DNA from: Methanomassiliicoccales archaeon | GTDB taxonomy: Archaea > Thermoplasmatota > Thermoplasmata > Methanomassiliicoccales > UBA472 | Assembly: GCA_040765825.1 (NCBI GenBank) | Contig: JAXGRO010000001.1 | Location: 46,483-110,482, forward strand | Direction of reading: 5' to 3' | Length of the DNA stretch: 64,000 bases | In this document: one piece after another, positions 53,924 to 62,194 of the stretch | Position numbering within the stretch: the stretch's first letter is position 1 | How the letters are laid out: the number at the start of each line of letters is the position of its first letter | Program-made: the position numbers and the translations under genes | Notes under the pieces: generated by a model | Databases searched by the model: none | The model's input: the letters and a program-made list of their open reading frames with translations, nothing else | What the model was told of the DNA's origin: nothing

Positions 53924-55245
53924 GGAGGGTGGTACTGGCCGGCTCGGGCAGCGGGGTGGGGAAGACCAGCATCGCCGCCGGGCTCATGCTGCGCCTGGGT
54001 GACGGGGTCCAGCCCTTCAAGGTCGGGCCGGACTTCATCGACCCCATGTTCCATTCCCTGGCCACCGGGCGCCCCTCCAGGAACCTGGACACGTTCATGA
54101 TGGACCCTGAGGTGATGGTGGAGCACTTCCGCTGGGCCTGCCGGGACGCGGACATGGCCCTGGTGGAGGGAGTGCGGGGGCTGTATGACGGCCTCACCTC
54201 CACCGAGGACGTGGGGAGCACCGCGGAGATAGCCAAGCTGCTGGACGCGCCGGTGGTGCTGGTGATCAACGCCCGCAGCCTGGCCAAGAGCGCTGCGGCG
54301 GTCGCGCTCGGATTCAAGAATCTGGACCCCCGGGTGCGGGTGGCCGGGGTCATCCTGAACAACGTGAGCGGGGAACGGCATCGGCGCAAGGCCACGGAGG
54401 CCGTGGAGCAGCTGGCAAAGCTGCCGGTGCTGGGAGCGGTGGAGCGGGGAAGGTCCCTTCCGGAAAGGCATCTCGGACTGCTCACCGTGGAGGAGCACGG
54501 GGACCGGGAAAGGCTCAAGGACGAACTGCGGGGGATGGTTGAGGACATCGATCTGGAGATGCTGAGGGAGATCGCCGAGACCTCTGGACCGATGGAGCCG
54601 CGCCGGGAGCCGCTCTTCCCCCGCGGGGACTCCGGGGCCAAGGTGGCCGTGCCCATGGACCGCTCGTTCTGCTTTTACTACCGGGAGAACCTGGAGGCCC
54701 TGGAGATGGCCGGGGCCGAGCTGCGTTACTTCCGCCCTGAGGAGGGCCAGGGCCTTCCGGACGCGGACCTGTACTATCTGGGCGGGGGGTATCCGGAGGC
54801 ACATATGGAGGAGATATCGGCCAACAGGGACTTCCTGGAGGGGCTGGGGAACGCCGCTGACGACCGGGCCATCTACGCGGAGTGCGGGGGGCTCATGATC
54901 CTGTGCTCGGCCATAGAGGCCGGCGGACGGGCGGAGATGGCCGGGGTGTTCCCCTGCGAGGCGCATCTGACCCCCGAGCGCCAGGGGCTCTCGTACGTCC
55001 GGGCGGCGGGCACCGCGCACAACCCCTTCTTCCCCGGGATCGAGGTGAGGGGGCATGAGTTCCACTACTCCCGCCTGGTTCCCCTCCCAGCCGGCCCCTT
55101 CGGTTTCGATGTGAGCAGGGGCACGGGCATAGACGGCCGCCACGACGGCATGGTGCGGGGGAAGGTGCTGGGAAGCTACCTGCATATGCACGCCCTCTCC
55201 CGCCTGGACTGGGGGAAAAGGCTTCTGGATGCGGCCCTGAGCTGA
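53920..55245 (+). CDS. cfbB: Ni-sirohydrochlorin a,c-diamide synthase (CbiA/CobB family amidotransferase)
   Basis: It has GSGSGVGKTS and the PDFIDP region. The C-terminal GATase has the nucleophile ECGGLMIL. It has an ATGA overlap with cfbC. Confidence 0.9.
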   Translation: MRRVVLAGSGSGVGKTSIAAGLMLRLGDGVQPFKVGPDFIDPMFHSLATGRPSRNLDTFMMDPEVMVEHFRWACRDADMALVEGVRGLYDGLTSTEDVGSTAEIAKLLDAPVVLVINARSLAKSAAAVALGFKNLDPRVRVAGVILNNVSGERHRRKATEAVEQLAKLPVLGAVERGRSLPERHLGLLTVEEHGDRERLKDELRGMVEDIDLEMLREIAETSGPMEPRREPLFPRGDSGAKVAVPMDRSFCFYYRENLEALEMAGAELRYFRPEEGQGLPDADLYYLGGGYPEAHMEEISANRDFLEGLGNAADDRAIYAECGGLMILCSAIEAGGRAEMAGVFPCEAHLTPERQGLSYVRAAGTAHNPFFPGIEVRGHEFHYSRLVPLPAGPFGFDVSRGTGIDGRHDGMVRGKVLGSYLHMHALSRLDWGKRLLDAALS

Positions 55246-55281
55246 AGAAATGTTTTCTATGCGCAGGGCCATAGGCCGTTC

Positions 55282-55707
55282 ATGCCCATCGGAGACCCCA
55301 TGGGGGCGGAGGCCCCCCTGCAAGAGAAGGGAAGGCTCACCCGGGTTTGGATGGCCACGGTGCCGGTGAGGGACCTGAACGCGGCCCTGGAGTTCTACAC
55401 CGTGCGGCTCGGGCTGGAGGTCCGGAGGAGGGATGACCGCTGGGCGGACCTGGGGCCCTCGGAACCGATGGGGAAGGTCGCGCTGTACGTGCCGTTGGCC
55501 GATGAGCCCAGGCAGCCCGGGGGACCCACGGGAGTGGTGTTCTCCTGCGACAGCATGTACGATGTCCACCGGGTGCTGGTGGACGAGGGTGTGATCTTCA
55601 AGCTAAAGCCGGAGCGGCAGCCCTGGGGCGGCCTCCTGGCCATCTTCCTGGACCAGGACGGCAACGAGCTGATGGTCCTGGAACACCCTGAACGGTACAA
55701 ACGATGA
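55282..55707 (+). CDS. VOC (glyoxalase/bleomycin-resistance/dioxygenase) family protein
   Basis: 141 aa. VPVRDLNAALEFYTVRLGLEV ... PWGGLLAIFLDQDGNELMVLE is a typical single VOC module. It starts 36 nt after cfbB. Confidence 0.75.
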   Translation: MPIGDPMGAEAPLQEKGRLTRVWMATVPVRDLNAALEFYTVRLGLEVRRRDDRWADLGPSEPMGKVALYVPLADEPRQPGGPTGVVFSCDSMYDVHRVLVDEGVIFKLKPERQPWGGLLAIFLDQDGNELMVLEHPERYKR

Positions 55708-55757
55708 CTCGATATCATTATTAACGTCGGCTAACAATCGAGGGGGGAGAGGAGCCA

Positions 55758-56525
55758 ATGCTGGAGATCGAGAACCTTACCGTGGAGGTGGGCGGCCGGG
55801 AGATACTGCACGACCTGTCGCTCAACGTCATGACCGGATACACCACCGTGCTCTTCGGGCCCAACGGCTCGGGGAAGTCCACCCTGCTCATGACCATAAT
55901 GGGCTTTTCCGGGTACAAGGTGAAGAGCGGGAGGATCATCCTCAATGGGGAGGACATCACCCACCTGCCGGTGAACGAGAGGGCCAAGAGGGGCATCGGC
56001 ATGATGATGCAGAGGCCGCCGAACCTCACCGGGGTGCGGCTGAAGGACCTGGTGAGGGTCACCAGCAAGGGGAATGTGGACACTGAGAAGGTGGCCGAGG
56101 ATCTGGACATGACCCGCTTCCTGGAGAGGGATGTGAACGTGGGCTTCTCCGGCGGGGAGATCAAGCGCTCGGAGATACTGCAGCTGACGGCCCAGAACCC
56201 CTGCATGATCCTGCTGGACGAGCCGGAGAGCGGGGTGGACATGGTCTCCATCGAGAAGCTGGGCTCCAAGGTGCACGACCTGCTGCAGGGGCCCTCGCAC
56301 TGCGCCGGGTGGCGGGAGAAGAGCGGTAAGGCGGCCCTCATCATCACCCACACCGGGCAGATACTGGATTACGTGGAGGCCGATCGAGGCTACGTGATGT
56401 GCAACGGCACGGTGGCCTGCTCCGGGAACCCCCGCGAGCTGCTGCAGGAGATACGCAAGATGGGCTACAACGAGTGCATCCGCTGCAAGATCAACCGCGC
56501 GAACATCATCAAGGAGAACATCTGA
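55758..56525 (+). CDS. sufC: Fe-S cluster assembly ATPase SufC
   Basis: GPNGSGKSTL, FSGGEIKRSEILQL and ILLDEPESGVD are present. GGGGGGAGAGGAG serves as the SD. Confidence 0.9.
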   Translation: MLEIENLTVEVGGREILHDLSLNVMTGYTTVLFGPNGSGKSTLLMTIMGFSGYKVKSGRIILNGEDITHLPVNERAKRGIGMMMQRPPNLTGVRLKDLVRVTSKGNVDTEKVAEDLDMTRFLERDVNVGFSGGEIKRSEILQLTAQNPCMILLDEPESGVDMVSIEKLGSKVHDLLQGPSHCAGWREKSGKAALIITHTGQILDYVEADRGYVMCNGTVACSGNPRELLQEIRKMGYNECIRCKINRANIIKENI

Positions 56526-56534
56526 GGGTTTCCC

Positions 56535-57752
56535 ATGGTCAGCAACGATGAGAAGAGGGCCAAGGAAGCCCTGAAGAAGCAGGCCAAGTTCGGAGAGGAC
56601 ATCGACCTGGAGGAGTACGATGAGGGCAGCCGGGACCTCTCGGAGCTGGAGTCCCTGGAGGATCTGCCGGGCGAGACCAAGAGCACCATGCTGGATTCTG
56701 GCATTGTGCCATCAGAGAAGGGCAAGTCCGGCAACTTCCTGCTGATGGACAACACCGTGGTGCACTCCGCGGTCATGGGCAGCGGCGTCGAGGTGATGCC
56801 CCTCAGCCAGGCGCTGAAGGTGCACGACTGGCTCAAGAATTACATGTGGAAGGGCGTGCAGCCCGATTCCGACAAGTACACCGCGGAGACCTACCTGCAG
56901 AGGGCCGACGGGTACTTCATACGGGCGCTCCCTGGCGCCAAGGTCAGGATGCCGGTGCAGACCTGCCTCCTGCTCAAGAATCGCAACACCAAGCAGTACG
57001 TGCACAACGTGCTGATAGCCGAGGAGGGCTCGGAGTTCGAGGTGGTCACCGGCTGCGCCACCTCCAAGGGGGTGGAGAAGGGGCTGCACCTGGGGATATC
57101 GGAGTTCTTCCTGAAGAAGGACTCCAAGCTGACGTTCACCATGGTGCACAACTGGTCGGAGTTCGTTGGCGTCCGTCCACGCAGCAGCATCGTCATGGAG
57201 GAGGGGTCCACCTACATCAACAACTACGTGGCGCTCAAGCCGGTCAAGACCATCCAGACCTATCCCACGGCCTACCTGAACGGCCCGAACGCGGTCTGCC
57301 GCTTCAATTCCGTGGCCGTGGCCCACCCGGGAAGCATGATGGACATGGGCTCCCGAGCGGTGCTGAACGCCCCGGGATGCAAGGCCGAGCTGATCTCCCG
57401 CACCATCACCACCGGCGGAACGGTCATCGCCCGCGGTCAGCTGGTCGGGAACTCCCCGGGCATCAAGGCCCACCTGGAGTGCAAGGGGCTCATCCTCAGC
57501 GAGAAGGGGGTGCAGATAGCCATCCCCGAGCTGGAGGCGCGCATCCCGGACGTGGAGATGACCCACGAGGCCGCCGTGGGCAAGATCGCCCAGGACCAGG
57601 TGGAGTACCTGATGTCCCGCGGGCTCTCCGAGGACGAGGCCGTGGGCATGATCGTCCGCGGCTTCCTGGACGTGGGCATACGCGGCATACCGGACCATCT
57701 GAAGGCCGAGATAGACAAGATCCTGCAGGAGACCGACGTCCGCGGCTCCTGA
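56535..57752 (+). CDS. sufB: Fe-S cluster assembly scaffold SufB/SufD family
   Basis: 405 aa with SufBD beta-helix repeats and the C-terminal HEAAVGKI...YLMSRGL motif. Confidence 0.9.
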   Translation: MVSNDEKRAKEALKKQAKFGEDIDLEEYDEGSRDLSELESLEDLPGETKSTMLDSGIVPSEKGKSGNFLLMDNTVVHSAVMGSGVEVMPLSQALKVHDWLKNYMWKGVQPDSDKYTAETYLQRADGYFIRALPGAKVRMPVQTCLLLKNRNTKQYVHNVLIAEEGSEFEVVTGCATSKGVEKGLHLGISEFFLKKDSKLTFTMVHNWSEFVGVRPRSSIVMEEGSTYINNYVALKPVKTIQTYPTAYLNGPNAVCRFNSVAVAHPGSMMDMGSRAVLNAPGCKAELISRTITTGGTVIARGQLVGNSPGIKAHLECKGLILSEKGVQIAIPELEARIPDVEMTHEAAVGKIAQDQVEYLMSRGLSEDEAVGMIVRGFLDVGIRGIPDHLKAEIDKILQETDVRGS

Positions 57753-57810
57753 GGAGACCATTTCGGTTCCGATATTTCATCGATATTATCAGAACGGATA
57801 CTGTCTGGCA

Positions 57811-57837
57811 AAAGTATTAACATGGTCCATGGCCATG
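57811..57837 (+). promoter_or_regulatory. TATA-like element plus perfect 10-bp palindrome CATGGCCATG upstream of wHTH gene
   Basis: aaagtattaac lies at 57811-57821. CATGGCCATG (57828-57837) sits ~7 nt downstream of it, at the expected transcription start. This is the classical position for an archaeal repressor operator. Confidence 0.4.
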
Positions 57838-57856
57838 CGCACCGGGGGAAAAACTT

Positions 57857-58330
57857 TTGTCTGGACAGGACCTTCAGGTCGAGAGGGCGGTGCACGAGGC
57901 CCTGATGAAGATGAGGTCGCAGGACCGGTTAGACGTCGCCAGGTTCATGATAGATCCCGTGGTCCTCTACATACTGGCGGCCACGTCCCGGAGATGCCTG
58001 ACCGTATCCGAGATGTCGCCCATCGTGAACATGCCCCCGGCGACCTGCTACAAGATGATCTACCAGATGGAGAGGCTCGGCCTGGTGGCCTACTGCGGCC
58101 CGGGCCGGAACGGCGGCCGCGGCAAGGCCTCCACCTACACCTCGGTGCTCAGGGAGATGCGATTGGATGTGAGGGGCAACACCATACACCTCACCGTGGC
58201 CTGGAAGAACGGCACCTGCGACGAGTTCCACAGGGAGATGATGACCGTCGAGCCTGAGGGGGACGGTGCGGTGGGGACCGATGGCGTCCATGTCACCGTC
58301 GCACGGGACGGGGCCGCCTCCTCGGACTAG
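57857..58330 (+). CDS. wHTH (ArsR-like) regulator, paralogue of 23709..24065
   Basis: The HTH is LTVSEMSPIVNMPPATCYKMIYQMERLGLV, followed by a beta-rich C-terminal segment as in the paralogue. The start is TTG 57857 (ATG 57905 is an alternative). It ends TAG GAA GCT TGA. Confidence 0.65.
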   Translation: MSGQDLQVERAVHEALMKMRSQDRLDVARFMIDPVVLYILAATSRRCLTVSEMSPIVNMPPATCYKMIYQMERLGLVAYCGPGRNGGRGKASTYTSVLREMRLDVRGNTIHLTVAWKNGTCDEFHREMMTVEPEGDGAVGTDGVHVTVARDGAASSD

Positions 58331-58366
58331 GAAGCTTGATTAATCGCCACCCCGATGACCTGGACC

Positions 58367-59164
58367 ATGCGTGTGGTGAAGCGGTCCGGGGAGACCGAGG
58401 AGTTCGACCCCGCCAAGGCCATCAACGCCATCCTGCGTGCTGGGCTTTCCCAGGAGGACGCCGAGCGGCTGATGGATGAGGTGCGGCCCCGGCTCTATGA
58501 TGGAATGAGCACCGAGGAGCTGTACCGCATCATCAGGAGCAGGCTTCCCTCCTGCAACGCCAGCAGGTACTCCCTCAAGAAGGCCATACTGCTAATGGGC
58601 CCCGACGGCCATTCCTTCGAGACCCTGGTGGGCAGGGTGTTCCAGGAGCTGGGATACCATGTGGAGGTCCGACAGCTGCTCAAGGGACACTGCGTCACCC
58701 ACGAGGTGGACCTGGTCATCAGCAAGGGCGGTAGCAAGGGCATGGTGGAGTGCAAGTACCACAACGCACCGAACTACAAGAGCAGCATCCAGGAGGCCCT
58801 TTACACCTACAGCAGGTTCCTGGACCTCAAGGACTCCCATGGCTTCGACGCGCCCTGGCTGGTGACCAACACCAAGTTCTCCGGGGACGTGGTGCAGTAC
58901 GCCAGGTGCGTGGGCATGAGGACCGTATGCTGGAAGTGCACGGAGGAGAAGGGGCTGGAGAGGCTGGTGGAGAAGGCCAATGTGTACCCGGTGACCGTGC
59001 TGAGCCTGAGGAAGAACGAGTGGCGCACCCTGCTGGACCACGACCTGGTGCTCTGCCGGGACCTGATCGAGCGAAAGGAGGAGGTGCGCAGGCTGTTCCC
59101 CAGGGAGACCGCCGACCGCGTGATCGCAAAGGCCGCGGAGTTCCTCGAGTGTGTGAAGAGATGA
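58367..59164 (+). CDS. ATP-cone domain fused to PD-(D/E)xK (Mrr-cat-like) nuclease domain
   Basis: ATG 58367 lies ~22 nt downstream of ttgattaatcgc. The N-terminal MRVVKRSGETEEFDPAKAINAILRAG...EELYRIIRSRL is an ATP-cone. The central FETLVGRVFQELGY...HEVDLVISKGGSKGMVECKYH gives the D...E-x-K motif. The C-terminal ~90 aa contain CWKC. Confidence 0.75.
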   Translation: MRVVKRSGETEEFDPAKAINAILRAGLSQEDAERLMDEVRPRLYDGMSTEELYRIIRSRLPSCNASRYSLKKAILLMGPDGHSFETLVGRVFQELGYHVEVRQLLKGHCVTHEVDLVISKGGSKGMVECKYHNAPNYKSSIQEALYTYSRFLDLKDSHGFDAPWLVTNTKFSGDVVQYARCVGMRTVCWKCTEEKGLERLVEKANVYPVTVLSLRKNEWRTLLDHDLVLCRDLIERKEEVRRLFPRETADRVIAKAAEFLECVKR

Positions 59165-60249
59165 GGTTCAGCGTGGTACTGGGCACCCGGCCCGAGATAG
59201 TGAAGATGTCCCCGGTGGTGCGCGAGCTTCAGCGTACCCGCCATGACTTCGACCTGGTGCACACCGGGCAGCACTACTCCTTCGATATGGACAAGGTGTT
59301 CTTCCGGGACCTGGAGCTTCCGGAGCCTGCCGTCAACCTGGAGGTGGGATCGGGCACCCACGGGGCGCAGACCGGAAGGATGCTGGCCGGCCTGGAGGCC
59401 TTCTTCCAGAGCAGCCGCCCGGACATGGTCCTGGTGCAGGGGGACACCAACACGGTCCTGGCCGGGGCCCTGGCCGCGGTGAAGCTGGGGATCCCGGTGG
59501 GGCATGTGGAGGCCGGCCTGCGCTCCTTCGACCGCAGCATGCCGGAGGAGACCAACCGGGTGCTGGCGGACCACGCCTCGGACCTGCTGTTCGCCCCCAC
59601 GGAGACATCAGCGCGGAACCTGAGGGCCGAGGGGATACCGGAGGAGAGGATATTCGTAACCGGCAACACCATCGTGGACGCGGTGCGGGAGAACCTCCAG
59701 CTGGCCCGGGACAAAGGGGACGCTCTGGCAAAGCTGGGGGTGAGCAAGGGGAGGTACATCCTGGCCACCCTGCACCGGCAGGAGAACGTGGACTCCCGGG
59801 AGCGCATGAGAGGCATACTGGAGGGCCTGGGGAAGGTGTCCGGGGGCACGGGAATGCCGGTCATTTGGCCCGTGCATCCCCGCACCGGCAAGAACCTGGA
59901 GCGGTTCGGGCTCTCCGTTCCCGAGGGGGTGAGGACGGTGGCCCCCCTGGGCTTCCTGGAGTTCCTGCAGGCCGAGGGCAGCGCCGCCCTCGCCCTTACC
60001 GACTCGGGAGGGGTGCAGGAGGAGTGCTGCATCCTGGGCGTCCCCTGCGTGACGCTCCGGGACAACACCGAGCGCCCGGAGACGGTGGACGTGGGGGCCA
60101 ATGTGGTCGCCGGCACCTCCCCCTCCAGGGTGCTGGCCCTGGCCCTGGAGATGCTGGACCGCAAGGGTGGATGGGAATGCCCGCTGGGAGCCCCCGGCTC
60201 CGCGGAACGCATAGTCTCCATTTGCCTGAGGCGAAGCAAACAGGGGTAA
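59161..60249 (+). CDS. wecB: UDP-N-acetylglucosamine 2-epimerase (non-hydrolysing)
   Basis: LGTRPEIVKMSPV, HTGQHYS, VQGDTNT and HVEAGLRS are present. It has an ATGA overlap with the upstream gene. Confidence 0.9.
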   Translation: MRFSVVLGTRPEIVKMSPVVRELQRTRHDFDLVHTGQHYSFDMDKVFFRDLELPEPAVNLEVGSGTHGAQTGRMLAGLEAFFQSSRPDMVLVQGDTNTVLAGALAAVKLGIPVGHVEAGLRSFDRSMPEETNRVLADHASDLLFAPTETSARNLRAEGIPEERIFVTGNTIVDAVRENLQLARDKGDALAKLGVSKGRYILATLHRQENVDSRERMRGILEGLGKVSGGTGMPVIWPVHPRTGKNLERFGLSVPEGVRTVAPLGFLEFLQAEGSAALALTDSGGVQEECCILGVPCVTLRDNTERPETVDVGANVVAGTSPSRVLALALEMLDRKGGWECPLGAPGSAERIVSICLRRSKQG

Positions 60250-60289
60250 CCTTTTCTATACCCCCATAGATTGGCGGTGCGAGGCGAGC

Positions 60290-60925
60290 ATGATCGAGGC
60301 GGTGCTGGAGGTCAACATACCGGACGGGTGGGTGCATGACATCTCCTCCGACTTCGATGTTCCGGTACGCATCCTGGACTGCATACCGTTCGGGGACAAG
60401 GGCGCCCGGTCGTTCGTGGAGGTGGAGTGCGACGATCCGGAGATGCAGCAGATCGTCTCCCGGGCCATTGAGAAGCACCCCGACGTCTGCAAGTGGGAGC
60501 CGGCCATCACCGAGGACGGCCGCATGCGGGGCATCGCCCTGCTCACCAAGTGCCGGGCCTGCAAGGCCATCATGCGCTCGGACTGCTATCTGCGTTCCGC
60601 CAAGACCATGGGAGGAGGGCTGGTGGAATGGCAGATCATCGCCAGCAAGGAGAGTGCGCTCAGCGAGCTCATCCAGGAGCTCAAGGACAACGGCTGCACC
60701 ATAAAGCTGCTGTCCAAGAAGAAGCTGGACGACAGCAGCTTCGTCACCAGGCGCCAGGAGGCCGCGGTGCGCGCGGCCCTGGAGAAGGGATACTACGATT
60801 ATCCCCGGAGGACCAGCCTTCAGGAGATGGCCAGGAGCTTCGGGGTCACCGCATCCACCATGGGGGAGATCCTTCAGCGGGGGGAGCGCAACATCATCCG
60901 GGAGTACTTCCGGACCAAGATGTGA
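60290..60925 (+). CDS. HTH_10 (bacterio-opsin-activator-type HTH) DNA-binding protein
   Basis: The C-terminal [52 protein letters not shown] is the HTH_10 signature. The N-terminal region carries Cys residues ([12 protein letters not shown]). Confidence 0.75.
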   Translation: MIEAVLEVNIPDGWVHDISSDFDVPVRILDCIPFGDKGARSFVEVECDDPEMQQIVSRAIEKHPDVCKWEPAITEDGRMRGIALLTKCRACKAIMRSDCYLRSAKTMGGGLVEWQIIASKESALSELIQELKDNGCTIKLLSKKKLDDSSFVTRRQEAAVRAALEKGYYDYPRRTSLQEMARSFGVTASTMGEILQRGERNIIREYFRTKM

Positions 60926-60935
60926 GGAAGATAAA

Positions 60936-61775
60936 ATGGAAGATTCGGATAAGATCGAGGTCAAGACCATGGACGAGAAGGACTACCGTCTCAAGAAGTC
61001 CCTGGCTCGCATAAAGCACAAGATAGTGGTGATGTCCGGAAAGGGCGGCGTGGGCAAGAGCACGGTGACCGTGAACCTGGCCACCGCCCTGGCCATGAGG
61101 GGCTTCGAGGTCGGCATCCTGGACGCGGACATACATGGACCGAACATACCCAAGATGCTGAACATCGAGAGCGAGGCGGTCATGTCCGACGAGGACGGGC
61201 TCATGCCCGTGCTGGTCCCCCCGCACATGAAGGTCATGTCCATGGCCTTCCTGCTGCAGGACCCGGACACCCCGGTGGTCTGGCGAGGCCCGATCAAGAT
61301 GGGGGCGCTTCGCCAGTTCATCGCCGAGGTGAAGTGGGGAGACCTGGACTTCCTGGTGGTGGACCTGCCGCCGGGGACCGGTGACGAGCCGCTGACCATC
61401 GCCCAGCTGATCGAGGACGCCGACGGCGCGATCATCGTCACCACCCCGCAGGACGTGGCCCTGCTGGACTCCAGGAAGACCGTCACCTTCGCCCAGGCCC
61501 TGAAGATGCCCGTGCTGGGAGTGGTCGAGAACATGAGCGGGCTGATCTGCCCGCACTGCGGTAAGGTCATCGACCTGTTCAAGACCGGAGGCGGGGAGAG
61601 GGCCGCCGCGGAGATGGGCGTGCCCTTCCTGGGCCGCGTGCCCCTGGACCCCAATGTGGTGCTGGGCGGGGACGATGGAACGCCCATAGTGCTCAAGGAC
61701 AAGTCCAACCCCGCCTCACAGGCCTTCGACGATATGGTGGAGACGCTCCTGGCCAAGGTGAACGGGGGCAGGTGA
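60936..61775 (+). CDS. Mrp/NBP35/ApbC-family Fe-S cluster carrier ATPase
   Basis: It has the deviant Walker [11 protein letters not shown] and the CPHCG cluster-ligand motif. Confidence 0.9.
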   Translation: MEDSDKIEVKTMDEKDYRLKKSLARIKHKIVVMSGKGGVGKSTVTVNLATALAMRGFEVGILDADIHGPNIPKMLNIESEAVMSDEDGLMPVLVPPHMKVMSMAFLLQDPDTPVVWRGPIKMGALRQFIAEVKWGDLDFLVVDLPPGTGDEPLTIAQLIEDADGAIIVTTPQDVALLDSRKTVTFAQALKMPVLGVVENMSGLICPHCGKVIDLFKTGGGERAAAEMGVPFLGRVPLDPNVVLGGDDGTPIVLKDKSNPASQAFDDMVETLLAKVNGGR

Positions 61776-62105
61776 ATGGTCCGCCTCCTGGTCACCGCGG
61801 AGGGTCCCGGACTGGACGACCTGGTCGAGGAGGACTTCGGCCACGCCCGCTACCTGCTCATCGTGGACCCCGAGACCTGGGAGGTGGAGGTGCACGACAA
61901 CCCCAAGAAGCACACGGACATGGGGCACGGCATCATGACCGCGGAGAACATCGCCAAGCTCAGGCCGGACGCGGTGCTCACGGGCTTCGCCGGGGAGCAC
62001 GGCCGACGCAAGATGGAGGACCTGGGCATCCGCATGATCATGGACGAGGAGGGCACCGTCCGCGATGCGGTGAACGGGTACATCCGCCGGCATATGAAGA
62101 AGTGA
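61776..62105 (+). CDS. NifB/NifX/NafY-family (dinitrogenase FeMo-cofactor-biosynthesis-like) small protein
   Basis: 109 aa. EEDFGHARYLLIVD...GHGIMTAENIAKLRPDAVLTGFAGEHGRRKMEDLGIRMI fits PF02579. The ATG directly follows the mrp stop (TGA ATG). Confidence 0.8.
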   Translation: MVRLLVTAEGPGLDDLVEEDFGHARYLLIVDPETWEVEVHDNPKKHTDMGHGIMTAENIAKLRPDAVLTGFAGEHGRRKMEDLGIRMIMDEEGTVRDAVNGYIRRHMKK

Positions 62106-62107
62106 AC

Positions 62108-62128
62108 GGGCGTCCAACGCCCCCTTTT
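62108..62128 (+). terminator. Hairpin plus short T-run after nifX-like gene
   Basis: GGGCG-tccaa-CGCCC is followed by CCTTTTCG, 3 nt after the stop. Confidence 0.4.
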
Positions 62129-62194
62129 CGTAACTTTTCTACGACTACCGCTGATACAGATGTCGGTCCTATGGTTACTCGTAGTCCGGGGCGC

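Noticed and set aside
53815-55569. 584-aa minus-strand ORF across cfbB
   Set aside because: It is antisense to cfbB (CbiA-family motifs present). The sequence is His/Pro/Gly/Arg-rich junk.
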